Part shown: one piece after another, positions 33,523 through 44,139 of the stretch | Layout of the letters: each line of letters opens with the position of its first letter | How positions within the stretch are numbered: the first letter of the stretch is position 1 | NCBI GenBank assembly: GCA_964633995.1 | Contig: CAZWKN010000001.1 | Span: 134,527 to 198,526, forward strand | From: an uncultured Gammaproteobacteria bacterium | GTDB lineage: Bacteria; Patescibacteriota; Microgenomatia; CAZETR01; Amesbacteraceae | Length of the DNA stretch: 64,000 nt | Direction of reading: 5' to 3' | Notes under the pieces: generated by a model | What the model was told of the DNA's origin: nothing | The model's database searches: none | Seen by the model: the letters and a program-made list of their open reading frames with translations, nothing else | Position numbers and translations under genes: made by a program

Positions 33523-34037
33523 TCAATCTAAAGCCTGAGAAACAGAAAAGTTCCGGACTTTTTGAAAAATACAGGAAGCCTGTTTTACTACTGACTACAC
33601 TTGTTTTTGTAAGCTATATAGTTACGATTTCGGGTTTGACTGGATGGTGGGTTTATTGGAATAGGAAAGAAATAGTGACTACGGCAGAGGAAGTGAGCTT
33701 GCAAAAGCAGATTAATGCAATGGTTACAAAAGAAGTTTTGTACCGCAAACAGGAGGGTCGGGTGAGGGATCTGGATAGATTTTTGGGGGAGTTTGTAAGT
33801 ACTGCTAGTTTATCGGGAATGTTGGTAGACGATAGTATTGAGGTACTGGCGTGGGATTTTGATTTAAATACGGCAAAACAGAATATTTCAGTTAGTTCGA
33901 GAAAAAATGCTGATTTGGTGAAGTTTTCTGACAAATTGGCTAACAGATACTCGTCTGTAGTTGCCGGGCCAATTACATTAGATGACAATGGAACTTGGGA
34001 AATGGTCGTGAGCGTGAAAGGAGACAAGTGGAAATAA
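33519..34037 (+). CDS. PilN-like protein
   Basis: MINL.P motif, TM, coiled coil; directly after pilM. Confidence 0.7.
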   Translation: MINLKPEKQKSSGLFEKYRKPVLLLTTLVFVSYIVTISGLTGWWVYWNRKEIVTTAEEVSLQKQINAMVTKEVLYRKQEGRVRDLDRFLGEFVSTASLSGMLVDDSIEVLAWDFDLNTAKQNISVSSRKNADLVKFSDKLANRYSSVVAGPITLDDNGTWEMVVSVKGDKWK

Positions 34038-34705
34038 TTAAGAAGAGTTTGTGGATGGTGTATCCATTGATGGTTATGGTATTTATATTCTTGAGTTTGA
34101 ATTATTTGTTTGGAGCAGGTCAAGAATTTCAACGCTTTGTGGATAGGCAAAAAAATGTAGGTGATTTGGAGGTTCGGATAGCAAGTTTAAAAAACAAGTT
34201 GGCGGTGGTTTCGGGGGTGAATGTGGTAGAAACTGAAAATAATTTAAAAACACTTTTGGAAGCCATGCCGCCTGCAAGACGGTTGTGGGTGGTGGTAAGT
34301 GAAGTGCGATTGGCAGCATCTGAATCAGGGTTGGTGGTGGATGCGTTTAGGGGGGTAGGGGGAGAAGTAAGGGAGTCGTCTGGGGCAGCTGAGGCCTTGG
34401 TGTTGGATGTGGATTTGAAGGTGGGAGGCGTCGGAGAACTTAGAGATTTTCTTTCAAAGCTTGAGAGCAAAAAACCATTAGTTAAGGTTAAGAAAATTAA
34501 ATATGACGGGAATCAGGTGACTGTATCGGTGGAAGGGGCGTGGTCTGCGTGGACTAAACTGACTACCGATACTAATTTACCACTGAAACCTTATGGGTCC
34601 CTTTTGGCAGCCGTGTTAAAAAAGCTGGAGGGTTATGAAGGATTGGGGAATACAAGCCAAGGTGTAAGTAGTGGATCTGGAGAGGTAAATACTAATCCGT
34701 TTTGA
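34028..34705 (+). CDS. PilO-like protein
   Basis: TM, coiled coil, FL.KLE..PL, C-terminal NPF. Confidence 0.7.
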   Translation: MEIIKKSLWMVYPLMVMVFIFLSLNYLFGAGQEFQRFVDRQKNVGDLEVRIASLKNKLAVVSGVNVVETENNLKTLLEAMPPARRLWVVVSEVRLAASESGLVVDAFRGVGGEVRESSGAAEALVLDVDLKVGGVGELRDFLSKLESKKPLVKVKKIKYDGNQVTVSVEGAWSAWTKLTTDTNLPLKPYGSLLAAVLKKLEGYEGLGNTSQGVSSGSGEVNTNPF

Positions 34706-34937
34706 GTGGTTTTTCGGGGGAATTGAGTATGAGGTTGACGGTCGGAAGCTGGTGAAGGGCACAGTACGTTTTTACCAGGGTGCGTAGACTATGAATGACT
34801 GAGCCGTGTTTACCGATAATTTTCCCTACTTCGGCATCGTCTACTTTGACTACAACCGTGCGCTCTTCTGTGGTGATTTCGAGTTTGTCGGGTTGTTCAA
34901 GAAGTGGGGTAATAAGAAAACGGACAAAATCTTCCAT
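34692..34937 (-). CDS. khpA: KH-domain RNA-binding protein KhpA
   Basis: GKIIGKHG..I.SLRT; downstream of rpsP. Confidence 0.9.
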   Translation of the reverse strand: MEDFVRFLITPLLEQPDKLEITTEERTVVVKVDDAEVGKIIGKHGSVIHSLRTLVKTYCALHQLPTVNLILNSPEKPLKTD

Positions 34938-34938
34938 A

Positions 34939-35166
34939 TTATTTTGCTTTTTGGATTAATTTGGCAATTGTGGGAGTGGGCTTAGCACCTTTACTTAGCC
35001 AGTAGTCCAAACGTTTTTTGTCGACGACTAGTTGCTTTGATAGGGGGTGGTAATGGCCAATTACGTCAGTGGCGGTTCCGGTAATTTTCGAATGTTCTTC
35101 GCACACAAAAATCCGGTAGTGGCGTTCCCCTTTTTTTCCAAACGGCGAAAGCTTGATTTTTAGCAT
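34939..35166 (-). CDS. rpsP: 30S ribosomal protein S16
   Basis: MLKIKL..GKK...YRI, G.Y.P, WLSKGAKPT. Confidence 0.93.
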   Translation of the reverse strand: MLKIKLSPFGKKGERHYRIFVCEEHSKITGTATDVIGHYHPLSKQLVVDKKRLDYWLSKGAKPTPTIAKLIQKAK

Positions 35167-35179
35167 AGTGTCGATTTTA

Positions 35180-35839
35180 TCATTGTGGAAAGAGTTTGGC
35201 TAGAGCGGCTCCTGCAGCATCGGTTTCTGCACGTTGTTTACTCGTTCCTGAGCCGGTTGCTATTTCTTTGCCCGCGACACTGACGCTAATGGAAAAATGT
35301 TTGGCGTGATCTGGACCGTCTGTGGCTATTATGGCGTAGATGGGCGTCCCCCATCCCTTGGATTGCGAGAGTTCCTGAAGTAAGCTTTTGGGGTCTTTGG
35401 TCTGAATGTTTGCGGTAAGTTCTTCGTCTGGAAAAATCTCTTGTAAATATGCTTGACAGGCCTCCAGGCCCGAGTCAAGAAAAAGTGCTCCAAGTACGGC
35501 TTCGAAGGTGTTTGCAAGAAGGCTGACATTAGTTCTGCCGCCGGAGTCTTCTTCGCCGTGGCTTAATAAGATTAGTTTATCAAGACCCAGGAAAAGCGAT
35601 TTATTTGCCAAAGACGAAGTTTGGACCAGAAAAGATCTGCGGCTAGTCATCTCGCCTTCGGGAATAGTAGGCAGAAGGACATATAAACGATGAGAAGTAA
35701 TAAGTGATAAGACAGAGTCGCCCAAAAACTCGAGTCGTTCGTTTGACTCTGTTTCAGAGTGTTCGTTGCAATAAGATCTGTGGATGAGTGCTTGGTGAAG
35801 AAGGGCGGGATTTTGAAAATAAGTAGCAAGAGGTTTCAT
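35180..35839 (-). CDS. rnc: Ribonuclease III
   Basis: NERLEFLGDSVL, FEAVLGA, DPKS.LQE, dsRBD. Confidence 0.97.
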   Translation of the reverse strand: MKPLATYFQNPALLHQALIHRSYCNEHSETESNERLEFLGDSVLSLITSHRLYVLLPTIPEGEMTSRRSFLVQTSSLANKSLFLGLDKLILLSHGEEDSGGRTNVSLLANTFEAVLGALFLDSGLEACQAYLQEIFPDEELTANIQTKDPKSLLQELSQSKGWGTPIYAIIATDGPDHAKHFSISVSVAGKEIATGSGTSKQRAETDAAGAALAKLFPQ

Positions 35840-36094
35840 TTAGGTAATGTCGTTGTCCTCTTCGTCGTAGCCAAAGGCGAGTACGAGGTCTCCAATGGTG
35901 GTAATTTTGGGGATTTTTTCCTCAGCAAGTGTGAGACTTAAGGCGTCTTCGATGCGATGAAACAAGTCGGCTAATTCATCCGGGGTTTGGTGGAGGTCGT
36001 GTATAAAGTTGGTATCGATCGTAAGGCTTTGACCGGATGACTTGAATTCATCTGATAAAAATTCAAGAATGGCTGATTTAAGATGATTGTTCAT
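35840..36094 (-). CDS. Acyl-carrier-protein-like protein lacking the canonical Ser
   Basis: DTNFIHDL....EL...IED...KITTIGDL; position just upstream of rnc. Confidence 0.7.
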   Translation of the reverse strand: MNNHLKSAILEFLSDEFKSSGQSLTIDTNFIHDLHQTPDELADLFHRIEDALSLTLAEEKIPKITTIGDLVLAFGYDEEDNDIT

Positions 36095-36437
36095 TGGTGT
36101 GGATGATCTTTCCCAGGACCCCGTTAATGAAGGCCGGGCTACTGCTACCGCCGTATTCTTTTGCAAGTTCTACGGCCTCGTCAATAATAACTTTGTAGGG
36201 GGCAGTCTTGTCAATACTGAGTTCGTAAATTGCCAGTCGGAGGATGGCTAGATCGATTGGGTTGAGCTTGGCAAGTGGCCATTCTGGGGCACTGGCTGCT
36301 ATTTGAGGGTCGATGGTACCTAAATGTTCCCAGATATTGGCTATGGATGGGTCGGGTTGTTTTTGAAATGAAGATGAGAAAAGACGCTGAATTATTTTGG
36401 CCCGGTGTTGATGCCTGGGATCTGAAGATGTTTTCAT
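36078..36437 (-). CDS. nusB: Transcription antitermination factor NusB
   Basis: [29 protein letters not shown]. Confidence 0.95.
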   Translation of the reverse strand: MKTSSDPRHQHRAKIIQRLFSSSFQKQPDPSIANIWEHLGTIDPQIAASAPEWPLAKLNPIDLAILRLAIYELSIDKTAPYKVIIDEAVELAKEYGGSSSPAFINGVLGKIIHTNEQSS

Positions 36438-36607
36438 TAACTGACCTTTTTGCCTTTATAGAAACCACAGTGGGCACAAGCCCTGTGGGAGCGGGTGGGC
36501 TGGTGACAATTGGTGCATTCGACTAAAGAAGGGATGGCAACTTTGAGAGTTGCGCGACGTTTCCCTTGACGGGCGGTTGACCAACGGCGTTTTGGAAGTG
36601 GTGTCAT
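36437..36607 (-). CDS. rpmF: 50S ribosomal protein L32
   Basis: PKRRWS..R..KRR, C..C..H..C..CGFYKG. Confidence 0.95.
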   Translation of the reverse strand: MTPLPKRRWSTARQGKRRATLKVAIPSLVECTNCHQPTRSHRACAHCGFYKGKKVS

Positions 36608-36608
36608 A

Positions 36609-38600
36609 TTAGTTTGGCAATACAGAGTCGATTTTACCTTGATCGACGAGAGAGCGCAATACTGGCAGTTGGGAAAGTATGGGAAAAAGCTTGTCTGAAG
36701 CGTTTTGAGCGCGAGCAATAGCCTCGATATCTGAATAATCGGCTATTTTTAGTGCAGAAGCGCCGTGTTGGGAAATGCCATATATTTGGCCTGGACCGCG
36801 TAATTTTAAATCTATTTCGGCCAAATCTAGGCCTGAATAGTGGTTTTCCATGGCTTTGAGCCGCATGTTGGGGGTTTCTGAGAATAATAAACAATATGAT
36901 TGGAACTGGCCACGACCAACTCTGCCTCTCAATTGATGTAGTTGAGACAAGCCAAATCTTTCTGCGGCTTCTATGATCATAATATTGGCATTTGGAATAT
37001 CAATTCCGACCTCTACGATTGGTGTGCAAACCAGAATATCAAGTTGATGTTCTTTAAATTGCTGCATAATGGCATCTTTTTCTTTTGGTTTCAGTTTGCC
37101 ATGCAATAAGCCTAATTTTTGATCTTTAAAAATTGATTTAAGGTGGTTGAATTCTGTTGTGGCAGATTTAATAGTAGCGGCAGACTCACTTTCGGTTATA
37201 AAGGGGCAGACCCAAAAAGCCTGGGAGGAGTTGGTAGTGAGTTGGTTGGTTATCCAAGTATAGGACGGAATGCGTTTAGTTTCTGGGACCACCCAGGTTT
37301 TGACCATTTTTCTACCTTTCGGAATTTGGGAAAGTACCGATAGGTCCAAGTCGCCGTATAGGGTTAAGGCAACTGTTCTGGGAATTGGTGTGGCTGTCAT
37401 GGTCAAGACGTGTGGGGATTTTCCAAGTTGGGTTGCTAGTGCTCGTTGGGTGACTCCAAAACGATGTTGTTCGTCAATAACAACCAGACCTACTCGGTCA
37501 AAGTCCAGGTGTTTGGAAAGAAGGGCGTGGGTGCCTACGATTATTGCATATTGCGTATTGCTAATGGCTAATTTTTTTTGTGATGTCACAAGGCCAATTT
37601 TTATATTTAACTGGTTGAACAACGACGACAGGGTGTCGTAATGTTGTTGGGCTAGGATTTGGGTAGGAGCCAAAATCACGGTTTGGAAGGAGTTGAGATG
37701 GCTGATTAAAGCGGCGATGGCTGCGATTACAGTTTTGCCGCTACCAACATCTCCTTCCAGCAATCTATTCATCGGGGTGGTTTTTTGAAGGTCACTGGTT
37801 ATTTCTGTAAGCACCTGAAGTTGGGAGGTGGTAAGAGTAAATGGAAGAGTTGAAATAAAATCCTGTACCTGTTGTGTTGGAATAGTGAATGGATGAGTAA
37901 GTACGGTTTTTTTCCACAGTGCTTTGCGAGATAGTGAAACCAGCTGAGCAATAAGTAGCTCATCAAAAGCTAGGCGATTTTTATAGATATTTGATGCTAG
38001 GTCGTAGATCCTGGAGGGTATGTGGATTTCACGGATAGCATCTTGCCAGGAGATCGGATGAGTTCCTGTGGGAAGAAAATCGTTAAGACTAAGCGAGGAT
38101 AACAGCTGGAAAATTTTTGTTCTTAGGTATTTGGAGCTTATTCCTGCCGTTTCGGGATAGACGGAAATAATTCTGCCCATATGCAGTAGTTCGTGGTTTG
38201 TAATAAGTTCGTAATCTGGAGAGATCAAGGCTTTGTTGTGACCATAAAATTCTACTTTTCCAAAAAGAGCTATTTCTGATCCAATAGTTAAAGTCCGAGT
38301 GAGGAAGGGCTGGTGGAACCACAGAATTTTGATAACACCTGTGGAATCCGAAATTGTCCCCGTTTGGATGACCCTGCCCTTTTTTGTGTAATCATTTTTG
38401 AGTGAATCCAGTCTGCCAATTATAGTAACCTGATCCCCTATTTTAAGATCTGAGATGTGTTTGATGAGACTGCGATCCTCATAACGGAATGGAATGTGGT
38501 ATAACAAATCAAAGACTGAAAAGATGTCTAGTTTATTAAGTTTTTTGGCCATAATGGGGCCTACACCAGAAAGGTCGGTGATCGGAGATGTCAAGTTCAT
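36609..38600 (-). CDS. recG: ATP-dependent DNA helicase RecG
   Basis: GDVGSGKT, DEQHRFG, TATPIPRT, QLRGRVGRG, DL.LRGPG. Confidence 0.96.
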   Translation of the reverse strand: MNLTSPITDLSGVGPIMAKKLNKLDIFSVFDLLYHIPFRYEDRSLIKHISDLKIGDQVTIIGRLDSLKNDYTKKGRVIQTGTISDSTGVIKILWFHQPFLTRTLTIGSEIALFGKVEFYGHNKALISPDYELITNHELLHMGRIISVYPETAGISSKYLRTKIFQLLSSLSLNDFLPTGTHPISWQDAIREIHIPSRIYDLASNIYKNRLAFDELLIAQLVSLSRKALWKKTVLTHPFTIPTQQVQDFISTLPFTLTTSQLQVLTEITSDLQKTTPMNRLLEGDVGSGKTVIAAIAALISHLNSFQTVILAPTQILAQQHYDTLSSLFNQLNIKIGLVTSQKKLAISNTQYAIIVGTHALLSKHLDFDRVGLVVIDEQHRFGVTQRALATQLGKSPHVLTMTATPIPRTVALTLYGDLDLSVLSQIPKGRKMVKTWVVPETKRIPSYTWITNQLTTNSSQAFWVCPFITESESAATIKSATTEFNHLKSIFKDQKLGLLHGKLKPKEKDAIMQQFKEHQLDILVCTPIVEVGIDIPNANIMIIEAAERFGLSQLHQLRGRVGRGQFQSYCLLFSETPNMRLKAMENHYSGLDLAEIDLKLRGPGQIYGISQHGASALKIADYSDIEAIARAQNASDKLFPILSQLPVLRSLVDQGKIDSVLPN

Positions 38601-38704
38601 TACAAGGTGACGCTTATGTAGGGCAAGATTGTACCCAGGATGAGAGCAAGGCTGGAAATGACCACGATGATGCTCCAAATCCGGCGTTGTTTGCGGGTAA
38701 GCAT

Positions 38705-41227
38705 ATGTTTGAGATATTATATCGCAAGATGAGGAATACGCGAAGGATAACAAAGTCTCGATGGATGATTTGGTTGGCCGGAGGAACATTCTTAAGCTTA
38801 ATAGCGGGTGTGGTCGCGGTGGTGGCCGTATTTGCATATTTTGCTAAGGACTTGCCTAACCCTGATCGGGTGGTAAGACGTGAGGGGTTCGCCACTAAAA
38901 TATACGATCGCAAGGATCGGTTGTTGTATGACGTTTTTTCTGATCAGCGACGGACGCCGGTGGATTTTTCGCAGATGCCATTGGTGTTGCGCCAGGCGAC
39001 GATTTCAATAGAAGATAAAAATTTTTATAAACACCAAGGGTTTGATTTGTTGGGTTTGGTGCGGGCATTGGTGCTTCGGCCACTATTAACGGGCAGGTTT
39101 GAGGGTGCTTCGACACTAACCCAGCAGCTGGTTAAAAATACTTTATTGACTTCGCAAAGATCGGTGACCCGAAAACTTAAGGAATTTATTCTTACGTTAC
39201 AGGTTGAGCGAAAATATTCTAAGGACCAGATTTTGCAAATGTATTTAAACGAAGCGCCATATGGTGGAACGGCGTGGGGAGTTGAAGCAGCGTCTGAAAC
39301 TTATTTTGGAAAACCGGTCGCACAAGTAAATTTACCTGAGGCGGCGATTTTGGCAGGTTTACCCCAATCGCCAAGTGCATATTCTCCACTGGTGGGCAAA
39401 TTGTATTTGGACAGGGCGGTTTCGGTACTTAGAAGGATGCGAGAGGATGGGTATATAACTTCTATTCAAGAGCAGGAGGCCAAGAAGGCTCTTCCTGAGG
39501 TTAGTATCTCCACACAGTCGGGACTATTGAAGGCTCCACATTTTGTATTTTATGTTCGGAATATGTTGATTCAAAGATACGGTGAAAGAACAGTTGAGCA
39601 AGGTGGGTTGAAAGTAACAACGTCATTGGATTTGGATTTACAGGAAGTAGCTCAAAAAACAGTGTCTGAGGAAATAGATAAAGTTAAATATTTAAATATC
39701 ACTAACGGAGCGTCGGTTGTCATAAATCCCGAAAACGGCCAGATACTTGCTATGGTTGGTAGTCGGGGGTGGGACGACGAAAAATATGATGGAAAATATA
39801 ATGTGACCCTGGCAAAAAGACAGCCCGGATCGTCAATTAAACCGGTAGTATATCTGACAGGGCTTAGGAAAGGTTATACAGCAGCCACAATGTTAATGGA
39901 CGTAAAGACTGTTTTTCCGGGCGGGGATAAACCTGAATATGTGCCGGAAAATTATGACGGCAAGTTTCATGGACCTATGCTTTTGCGTGATGCATTGGGG
40001 AATTCCATAAATGTGCCGGCTGTAAAACTCTTAGCAATGGTTGGGATCAACGACTCACTTAAAATTGCCTATGATATGGGCTTTACTACTCTGGAACCCA
40101 CGCCCGATTTATTGAAAAGAGTCGGTTTATCTATGGCATTGGGGGGCGGAGAAGTGAGACTGCTGGACATGGTTTCTGCTTACAGCGCTTTTGCGAATGG
40201 CGGGAAAAGAGTTGAGCCGGTGGCGATTTTGAAAGTTACCGACGCGTCCGGCAAGGTTTTAGAAGAATGGAAACAGGGTTCCGGGCGACAAGTAGTGACT
40301 CCTGAGGAGGCCTACATAATTTCTTCAATGTTGGCTGATCCTGCGGCCAGAACAATTACGTTTGGGCCAAGAAGTGCTATTACTGTAGCCGGAAAAACAA
40401 TTTCTGTTAAAACCGGAACAACCAACGATAAAAAGGATAATTGGACCGTCGGATGGACACCAAGTGTGATTGCGGGGGTTTGGGTAGGAAATAATGACAA
40501 TAAACCCATGAAGGAAGTGGCGTCGGGAATAACGGGGGCTGCGCCGATTTGGAAAAAAATAATAAGCTTTGCCCTTAAAGATAAACAGGATGAACAGATA
40601 GCAACTCCTTCGGGAATCGTGGCGATGGACATTGATAAAATTTCTGGTTGGGCATCCCATGATGGTTTTGAGAGTCGGAAGGAATTTTTTGTCCGAGGTA
40701 CTGAACCTGCTGGCGAAGATCCGGTACATAAAAAAATAAAGGTATGTAAGGGTGAGGGAAAGTTGGCAACACCGGCTGATATTGCGTCCGGAAATTTTGA
40801 AGAAAAAGAAGCCTTGTACTTTAAGGAAGAAGATCCGTTTGAAGCTTATAATAAATCGAATAAGTGGCAGGAGGGAATTTTGAATTGGCTAAAGGACCAA
40901 CAGGATCCTAAGTATCATCCTCCGACGGATATGTGTGGCAATACCAACCCTTTGTGGATAACGATTAAAGATCCGGGTGAACATGGAAGGATAAATAGTA
41001 ACGACGTAAAGATAGTAGTAGAAGTAACCAGTACCGCAAATGTAAATAAGGTGGAATTTTATGTGGATGGCGTATTAAAGCAGACGCTAAATAGTTCGCC
41101 TTGGGAATTGACAGTTAATGTTTCCGATGGAAACCACAAGGTGGATATCAAGGCATGGGATGAACAGGGACATGACGGATCTAGATATGTGGAGTTTGGG
41201 GTAAATAAGGACTGGCAATCACCCTAG
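38705..41227 (+). CDS. Class A penicillin-binding protein with C-terminal Ig-like domain
   Basis: EDKNFY.H.G, GASTLTQQLVKN, RKLKE, SSIK, S.N, KTGT; start codon uncertain. Confidence 0.93.
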   Translation: MFEILYRKMRNTRRITKSRWMIWLAGGTFLSLIAGVVAVVAVFAYFAKDLPNPDRVVRREGFATKIYDRKDRLLYDVFSDQRRTPVDFSQMPLVLRQATISIEDKNFYKHQGFDLLGLVRALVLRPLLTGRFEGASTLTQQLVKNTLLTSQRSVTRKLKEFILTLQVERKYSKDQILQMYLNEAPYGGTAWGVEAASETYFGKPVAQVNLPEAAILAGLPQSPSAYSPLVGKLYLDRAVSVLRRMREDGYITSIQEQEAKKALPEVSISTQSGLLKAPHFVFYVRNMLIQRYGERTVEQGGLKVTTSLDLDLQEVAQKTVSEEIDKVKYLNITNGASVVINPENGQILAMVGSRGWDDEKYDGKYNVTLAKRQPGSSIKPVVYLTGLRKGYTAATMLMDVKTVFPGGDKPEYVPENYDGKFHGPMLLRDALGNSINVPAVKLLAMVGINDSLKIAYDMGFTTLEPTPDLLKRVGLSMALGGGEVRLLDMVSAYSAFANGGKRVEPVAILKVTDASGKVLEEWKQGSGRQVVTPEEAYIISSMLADPAARTITFGPRSAITVAGKTISVKTGTTNDKKDNWTVGWTPSVIAGVWVGNNDNKPMKEVASGITGAAPIWKKIISFALKDKQDEQIATPSGIVAMDIDKISGWASHDGFESRKEFFVRGTEPAGEDPVHKKIKVCKGEGKLATPADIASGNFEEKEALYFKEEDPFEAYNKSNKWQEGILNWLKDQQDPKYHPPTDMCGNTNPLWITIKDPGEHGRINSNDVKIVVEVTSTANVNKVEFYVDGVLKQTLNSSPWELTVNVSDGNHKVDIKAWDEQGHDGSRYVEFGVNKDWQSP

Positions 41228-43051
41228 TTTTTCACGGATGGGAGCGATATCTTCTTTGGTGAGCTGGCGGGTTTGGTCTAGGAAAGTCAGGCGAAGAGTA
41301 AGTTTGTCACCATATTTTTCTATAAATTCTACCGACTGAATCAGTGGGGATGTTTTGTAAATACGGGATTCAAGCTCTTTATAAGAGCCGGTGTGGGTAA
41401 CGTTGATATCCTCTATGATGGGGGCAAATTTGGAAATTGGTTGAAATTGCTTAATTTTAGTGGCAGAGGTATAGACTGATGATAAATCGATTTCAACACA
41501 CGTAAAGTTTGCCTTCGTGGTGACGACGGAATGTATTTTGCAGCCTAGGTCTTTTTGTAAATTATCAATAACTCCCATAAGGTGGGGCAGGCCGTTGGGT
41601 TTTGATGTGGCGATGGCCAGATGAAGAACTTCTTTTGGTAAATCCTCTTTTTGAGGAAGATAGACATTGGCTATTTCAAAAATATTTATTTCGGATACCC
41701 GACCAAAGTTTTCAGTAACTACGGCCTTGAGGGATGGGCTAAGGGTGGTGCGGAGAAATTTCCAGTCCTCTGTAAGATAATTCTTTAGTGATAAACCTGT
41801 GTCGTGTGGAACGAGAGAATATGTATAAGTTTCGGTGTAGCCCCAGTATTTGAGTGCCGATTTAATTTCTGAAATCCAATGAAATTCTTGTTCGTTGGGT
41901 CTTAATGTAGGTAAATCTCCGGACATAATTTTGCTTGGGATATTATGATAGCCGTAGATTCTGGCCACCTCTTCGACTAAATCCTCAGGCAGTAAAACAT
42001 CTTTGGATCTGATCCATGAAACCCCGATTTCTTTTTCCGAAACAACATCGAATTCTAATGATTGAAGGATTTTCTTAATTTCCGAAAAAGATAAATTAAC
42101 ACCCAGGCGGGTACTTATAAGTTCTGTGAGCGAGGTTTGAAGTTTGATTACTGAAGTTTGTGGTTTGATATTGAGAACGTCTAACACTTTAGCTTCGGGA
42201 ACTCCCTTGGTAAAATGTTTGAAAAGTTGAAGACCTAAATTTAGAGTGGGGAGGACATTTTCCACTGATAGTCCTTTTTCGAAAAGAACTGCTGCGTTTG
42301 TTCTGTGGGCTAGTTTCATCGAGGTTTTCCTAATGGCGGTTGGTTCATAAACCTGAACAAAAAGTAGAACGTTTTTGGTGTGTAAGTCTACTGCAGAGTT
42401 GGCCCCACCCATAATTCCACATAGGTCAATGATTTTTTTGGAACCATCTTCTATGACAATGTCATCTCCCGGAAGAATGTGGGACTTGCCGTCTAAGGTG
42501 GTGATTTGCTCCCCAGATCTGCTTTTACGCAACGTCATGTGAGCACCCGATATTTTGTCGTAATCAAAGGTGTGTACTGGTTGGCCCATTTCGAGCATTA
42601 GGTAGTTGCTGATATCTACAACATTATTTAGACTTCTTTGACCAGCTAGCTCTAGACGTTTAACGATAAAATCAGGAGATTTGTCGACTGTTACATTCCT
42701 GATAAGTACAGCGGAAAACCTGTCACACAAGCTTTTGTCCAGGGTGACTTTGAGATATTCGACGTGGGGATAGGTGGTTAAGCTTAGCTTTTCTTTGTAC
42801 GGATCCCTTTTAAGCTTAGCGGTATAACCAAATCTAGGCAGAATGGCAAGACATTCGAAAGCGATGCCGGTGACTGACATCATGTCTACCCGATTGGTAG
42901 TAACCTCGATATCGTAAACGTAATCCCCTTCTTTTTCATACAACCTTTCAATTGAGGGGCCACACAAAGATAAGGCGTGCTGAATTTGTTTTGGGGTAGC
43001 ATTGGTGTCGAGATAATCTCTAAGCCAAGAATCTGGTATGAGTATTTGCAT
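41219..43051 (-). CDS. pheT: Phenylalanyl-tRNA synthetase beta subunit (short form)
   Basis: NRVD..S..GIA, NNVVDISNY, GQP.H.FD, DLVEEVARIYGY. Confidence 0.93.
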   Translation of the reverse strand: MQILIPDSWLRDYLDTNATPKQIQHALSLCGPSIERLYEKEGDYVYDIEVTTNRVDMMSVTGIAFECLAILPRFGYTAKLKRDPYKEKLSLTTYPHVEYLKVTLDKSLCDRFSAVLIRNVTVDKSPDFIVKRLELAGQRSLNNVVDISNYLMLEMGQPVHTFDYDKISGAHMTLRKSRSGEQITTLDGKSHILPGDDIVIEDGSKKIIDLCGIMGGANSAVDLHTKNVLLFVQVYEPTAIRKTSMKLAHRTNAAVLFEKGLSVENVLPTLNLGLQLFKHFTKGVPEAKVLDVLNIKPQTSVIKLQTSLTELISTRLGVNLSFSEIKKILQSLEFDVVSEKEIGVSWIRSKDVLLPEDLVEEVARIYGYHNIPSKIMSGDLPTLRPNEQEFHWISEIKSALKYWGYTETYTYSLVPHDTGLSLKNYLTEDWKFLRTTLSPSLKAVVTENFGRVSEINIFEIANVYLPQKEDLPKEVLHLAIATSKPNGLPHLMGVIDNLQKDLGCKIHSVVTTKANFTCVEIDLSSVYTSATKIKQFQPISKFAPIIEDINVTHTGSYKELESRIYKTSPLIQSVEFIEKYGDKLTLRLTFLDQTRQLTKEDIAPIREKLG

Positions 43052-43053
43052 AG

Positions 43054-44079
43054 TTAAAATTGATTTAGAAATCTAATATCGTTGGAATACAAAAGTCTAA
43101 GATCCGGGATTTTCAGGCCTGATTTCATCATATAGCTTCTTTCTACGCCCCAACCAAAAGCGAACCCGGTATAGTGTTTGGGGTCTATTTTGCCGGCCTT
43201 TAGGACATTTGGATGAACCATGCCGGCCCCTCCTAGCTCTAGCCAACCTTCCTTGCAGAGTTTGCAGCCCTGCCCTAGGCAAATGTCACAACTAACATCG
43301 ACCTCGAATGAGGGCTCAGTAAACTGAAAGTGATATGGTCTTAGGCGGGATTTTCGATTTGGTCCGAAAAATTGGTTAACAAAATAATCAATCGTGCCCT
43401 TTAGGTGGGTGATGTTGATGTCTTTATCTACTACCAAACCTTCAAATTGGTGAAACATAACAGTGTGTGAGACGTCTGACTGTCTCCTGTAGCATTTGGC
43501 GATATTAATCATTCTGATGGGTGGACCGCCCAGGCGTTCCATTTCCCTGACTTGACCGTTTGAAGTGTGAGGGGTTAGGACCATTTTGCCCATTTTTGGG
43601 TGATCCTGCGTGTCTACAAAAAAGGTTTCCCATTCGTCGCGAGCCGGGTGGCTTTTGGGCATATTTAATGATTCAAAGGCATAGTGATCCCAATCTACTT
43701 CTGGATAACGAACACGGATAAATCCAATTTTTTCGAAAATGGTCGAAATTTCTTTGATGGCAGTGGTAACTGGATGCAGATGGCCAAGGGGAGGGCGAAT
43801 ACCGGGGAGGGTAGGATCCTCGGGAATTTGAAATTTTAAATTTGAAATTTTTAATTTTGAATAAAGTGTTTCGGTTATGGAAATTTTGACGTCGTTGAAG
43901 AGTTGGCCGATTTCGGATTTTTCTTCTGCCGAAAGAGAGGAGAAGTTTTGGGCAATTTGGGCCAGAGATCCTTTTTTGCCAAGATATTGAATTTTTAGGC
44001 GGTCTAGTTCGTCCTGACTATTGGCGTCCAATATTTGGGCAATGGCTGAATTTTTGAGATTTATGAGTTGTTCGCGCAT
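43054..44079 (-). CDS. pheS: Phenylalanyl-tRNA synthetase alpha subunit
   Basis: HPARD, FHQFEG, FQFTEPSFE, GFAFGWG.ER. Confidence 0.97.
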   Translation of the reverse strand: MREQLINLKNSAIAQILDANSQDELDRLKIQYLGKKGSLAQIAQNFSSLSAEEKSEIGQLFNDVKISITETLYSKLKISNLKFQIPEDPTLPGIRPPLGHLHPVTTAIKEISTIFEKIGFIRVRYPEVDWDHYAFESLNMPKSHPARDEWETFFVDTQDHPKMGKMVLTPHTSNGQVREMERLGGPPIRMINIAKCYRRQSDVSHTVMFHQFEGLVVDKDINITHLKGTIDYFVNQFFGPNRKSRLRPYHFQFTEPSFEVDVSCDICLGQGCKLCKEGWLELGGAGMVHPNVLKAGKIDPKHYTGFAFGWGVERSYMMKSGLKIPDLRLLYSNDIRFLNQF

Positions 44080-44093
44080 AGATTGATAATAAC

Positions 44094-44115
44094 AAAAAAA
44101 TCCCCTTTCGGGGAT
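44094..44115 (-). terminator. Intrinsic terminator after rplT
   Basis: ATCCCC-GAAA-GGGGAT followed by a T run on the minus strand. Confidence 0.8.
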
Positions 44116-44139
44116 CCTTGAAATTTATTTCAAAGTCCC

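Noticed and set aside
38588-38837. Long head-to-head overlap of recG and the PBP gene (also holB/pilB at 23780-23829)
   Set aside because: An artefact of longest-ORF starts; downstream ATGs (38600, 38705, 23849) remove the overlaps.
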